Shown one piece after another: positions 61,778 through 64,000 of a DNA stretch of 64,000 bases; positions within the stretch are counted from its first letter, which is position 1, and each line of letters starts with the position of its first letter. This DNA comes from Gemmatimonadaceae bacterium (GTDB lineage Bacteria; Gemmatimonadota; Gemmatimonadetes; Gemmatimonadales; Gemmatimonadaceae), in the NCBI GenBank assembly GCA_051859245.1, contig JBHYGA010000001.1, positions 1,056,001 to 1,120,000 of the forward strand, read 5' to 3'. The position numbers and the translations under genes are program-made. The notes beneath the pieces were generated by a model. The model was not told the origin of the DNA. It saw only the letters and a program-made list of their open reading frames with translations, and did no database searches.

Positions 61778-63526
61778 ATGATACGTCAAACAGTCCGCGC
61801 GCTCGCGTTCCTCACGGTGGGCGCAGCGGCGTCAGTCCTTGAGATTCACGGCGCAACGCAGTGGCCCACCTCGTTCGGGCCCGCTCGCGCGCTTACGCAG
61901 GCCGACTCCACGGAGAATGAGGCCCGCCGCTCACTCGTCGTCACCAAGCTGCATCCGGCCATGCGATGGTCGCGGCTCGACGATGTGGCCGTCACGCTCT
62001 CGGCGCTCTACGACACGGTCAGCTGGTCACCGCTCTGGTTGCAGAACGGTGAGCCCACACCGCAGGCCGCGGCGCTCATGCAAGTCTTGAGCAACGCCGC
62101 GTCCGTTGGTCTCATTCCCGCGGACTACGATGCCGGGCGCTTGCCGGCGATGGCGACCTATCTCAAGTCGCCGCAGCATCGCGCTGCGTTTGACGTGGCG
62201 CTCACCGCCAATGCCATCCGTCATGTGCGCGCCTTGCACGACGGTCGCATTGACCCGCGTTCGGCGCACGCCACGCTCAAGATCCCGCGCGAGTTGATCA
62301 ACGCCGAACAGGCAGTGCGGTTGCTGACCACGAGCAACAACGTGCGCAGCACCATTGAATCGTACGAACCGCCGTTTGTGCACTACACGCTGGTCAAGGA
62401 ATCGCTGGTGCGAATGCGTGCGCTGGCGGCCGAGTCCACGCTCACGCGACTGCCCGCATTGCCCGAGGGCAAATCGCTGCGCGAGGGCGATGAGTGGATC
62501 GGCGTGCCCAAACTGTGGCGACTCCTTTCGGCGCTTGGCGATGCACCCGCGGGCGTAACGCCAGACAGTGCGGCGATGGCGGATTCCTTGCGCATCACGG
62601 CCGGTGTGGTGGAGGCGCTGACGCGTTTTCAGCGGCGCACTGGTCTTGATGCCGACGGTGTGCTCGGTCGAGGAACGCTCGCGTCACTCACCCGCCCGGT
62701 CACCGACAAGGTGCGATCGCTCGAGCTCACGCTTGAACGCTGGCGCTGGCTTCCGCACACGTTCGGCGCACCACCGTTGATTGTGAATGTGCCCGCATTC
62801 CGCCTGTATGCATTTTCCGATTCGCGCGACGACGAGACCGAGTTGTTGCGCATGGATGTGGTCGTCGGTAAGGCATTCGACACGCGCACGCCGATCTTCA
62901 GTGATACGCTCACCACCTTGTCGTTCTCGCCGTATTGGGACGTGCCCACCAGCATCATGCGTGGGGAAATTCTTCCGGCCGCGCGAAAGGACAGAACCTA
63001 CCTGTCGCGCAATCGCTTCGAAGTAGTGCGTGGTGATGGTGACAACGCACCCTCGCTCGGTACCGGAGCGGACGCCGTGGCCGCATTGCAGGCTGGGCGC
63101 GCGCGCGTGCGACAGCTGCCCGGGCCGAACAACTCACTCGGTCGAGTGAAGTTTCTGTTTCCGAATTCGTACAACATCTATTTCCATGACACCCCGGCGA
63201 AGTCCGTGTTTGCGCGCGCGCGTCGCGACGCGAGTCATGGTTGCATACGGCTCGCGGATCCGGTGGGGTTGGCGAAACTGTTGCTCAAAGACGAGGACAG
63301 CTGGACCGACGCGCGCATCGCCGAGTCAATGAATCTTGAGCGTCCGGTGTACGTTCGGCTGAAACAACCACGCCCCGTGTTTATCCTGTACGCAACGGCG
63401 ATGACCACACAAGATGGTGAGACACGCTTTTACCCGGACATTTACGGCTTCGATGACGAACTTGCTCGCCGGCTTGCGGCTGGCTTTCCGTACACAACCG
63501 AAAGCGCGGTTGCGCGTGCGCGATAA
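61778..63526 (+). CDS. YcbB/LdtD-like murein L,D-transpeptidase
   Basis: PG-binding FQRRTGLDADG..G..T; VNVPAF, VVVGK, LGRVKFLFPN, YFHDTP, SHGCIRL. Confidence 0.9.
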   Translation: MIRQTVRALAFLTVGAAASVLEIHGATQWPTSFGPARALTQADSTENEARRSLVVTKLHPAMRWSRLDDVAVTLSALYDTVSWSPLWLQNGEPTPQAAALMQVLSNAASVGLIPADYDAGRLPAMATYLKSPQHRAAFDVALTANAIRHVRALHDGRIDPRSAHATLKIPRELINAEQAVRLLTTSNNVRSTIESYEPPFVHYTLVKESLVRMRALAAESTLTRLPALPEGKSLREGDEWIGVPKLWRLLSALGDAPAGVTPDSAAMADSLRITAGVVEALTRFQRRTGLDADGVLGRGTLASLTRPVTDKVRSLELTLERWRWLPHTFGAPPLIVNVPAFRLYAFSDSRDDETELLRMDVVVGKAFDTRTPIFSDTLTTLSFSPYWDVPTSIMRGEILPAARKDRTYLSRNRFEVVRGDGDNAPSLGTGADAVAALQAGRARVRQLPGPNNSLGRVKFLFPNSYNIYFHDTPAKSVFARARRDASHGCIRLADPVGLAKLLLKDEDSWTDARIAESMNLERPVYVRLKQPRPVFILYATAMTTQDGETRFYPDIYGFDDELARRLAAGFPYTTESAVARAR

Positions 63527-64000
63527 ACACCACGCGGTGCTCGGCGCGTTCGCGCTGGCGCTGCTGTGCAATCCGTTCGCGGTGGCACACGCGCAGTTTG
63601 GAATTTTCAAACCCAAAACGGCGGACGCGGCGCAGGACTCTGTTGCACCCGCAGAAACGGTGGTGTCGCCCGATTCCCCGCGTGCGTCGGTCATGGCGTT
63701 TTTGCAGCTCGCCGCGCAACACAACTACGCTCAAGCCAGTCAGTATCTCGATCTCTCACCAAGCGACGCGGCGCGAGGAACGGAACTGGCGCGCCGACTC
63801 TCCGAAGTGCTCGACCAGCGCCTGTGGATTGATGTGGAGAGCGTATCGCCGTTCGCCGAGGGCAACGTCGATGATGACGATGCGCAGCGTGATCGCATTG
63901 GTGTGATTCCAGGCGCGACTGGTCTGCCCGAACCCGTGCTCGTGGCGCGTTTTGACGGTGGTGCAGTGCGGCGTTGGCGGTTTGATCGCGCCACGGTGGC
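63516..64000 (+). CDS. MscS-family mechanosensitive channel, N-terminal part (truncated by window end)
   Basis: My translation (not in ORF track): VRDKHHAVLGAFALALL..DSPRASVMAFL..QYLDL..LARRLSEVLDQ..WRF, resembling long-N-terminus MscS proteins; channel domain not visible. Confidence 0.65.
   Translation, partial: MRDKHHAVLGAFALALLCNPFAVAHAQFGIFKPKTADAAQDSVAPAETVVSPDSPRASVMAFLQLAAQHNYAQASQYLDLSPSDAARGTELARRLSEVLDQRLWIDVESVSPFAEGNVDDDDAQRDRIGVIPGATGLPEPVLVARFDGGAVRRWRFDRATV

Noticed and set aside
61662..61780. Integrative element at tRNA-Lys
   Set aside because: No integrase and no duplicated tRNA 3' end noticed; flanking genes are ordinary

Overview
A GC-rich bacterial chromosomal window, probably Gemmatimonadota (inferred from gene repertoire, not from a database search). 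No integrase, transposase or CRISPR array was seen. It holds: (1) anaerobic tetrapyrrole/bacteriochlorophyll genes in two pieces (bchE-hemN at 1.7-4.8 kb; a diverged hemN plus bchJ at 24.5-26.5 kb); (2) a SusC/SusD pair; (3) egtB-egtD facing an osmoprotectant-type ABC importer across a ~100-bp imperfect palindrome; (4) an operon joining a GltD/NfnB/DsrL-like Fe-S flavoprotein to cytochrome b, Rieske and cytochrome c genes; (5) an ECF sigma locus whose putative anti-sigma and a second exported protein carry CBM48/AMPK-type domains, with a TGTGAC-N19-GTA motif before three of its genes; (6) a 2-aminobenzoyl-CoA (abm-type) catabolic operon; (7) a DsbA gene apparently frameshifted by an 8-bp repeat tract, followed by an 8-Cys secreted miniprotein and twin barrel-less plug proteins; (8) ffh-rpsP-rimM-trmD separated from rplS-rnhB by ~8.8 kb; (9) copZ with a CsoR-like operator, tRNA-Lys(UUU), an L,D-transpeptidase and a partial MscS gene. 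The best novelty candidates are items 4, 5, 7 and 3. All calls come from motif recognition by eye.
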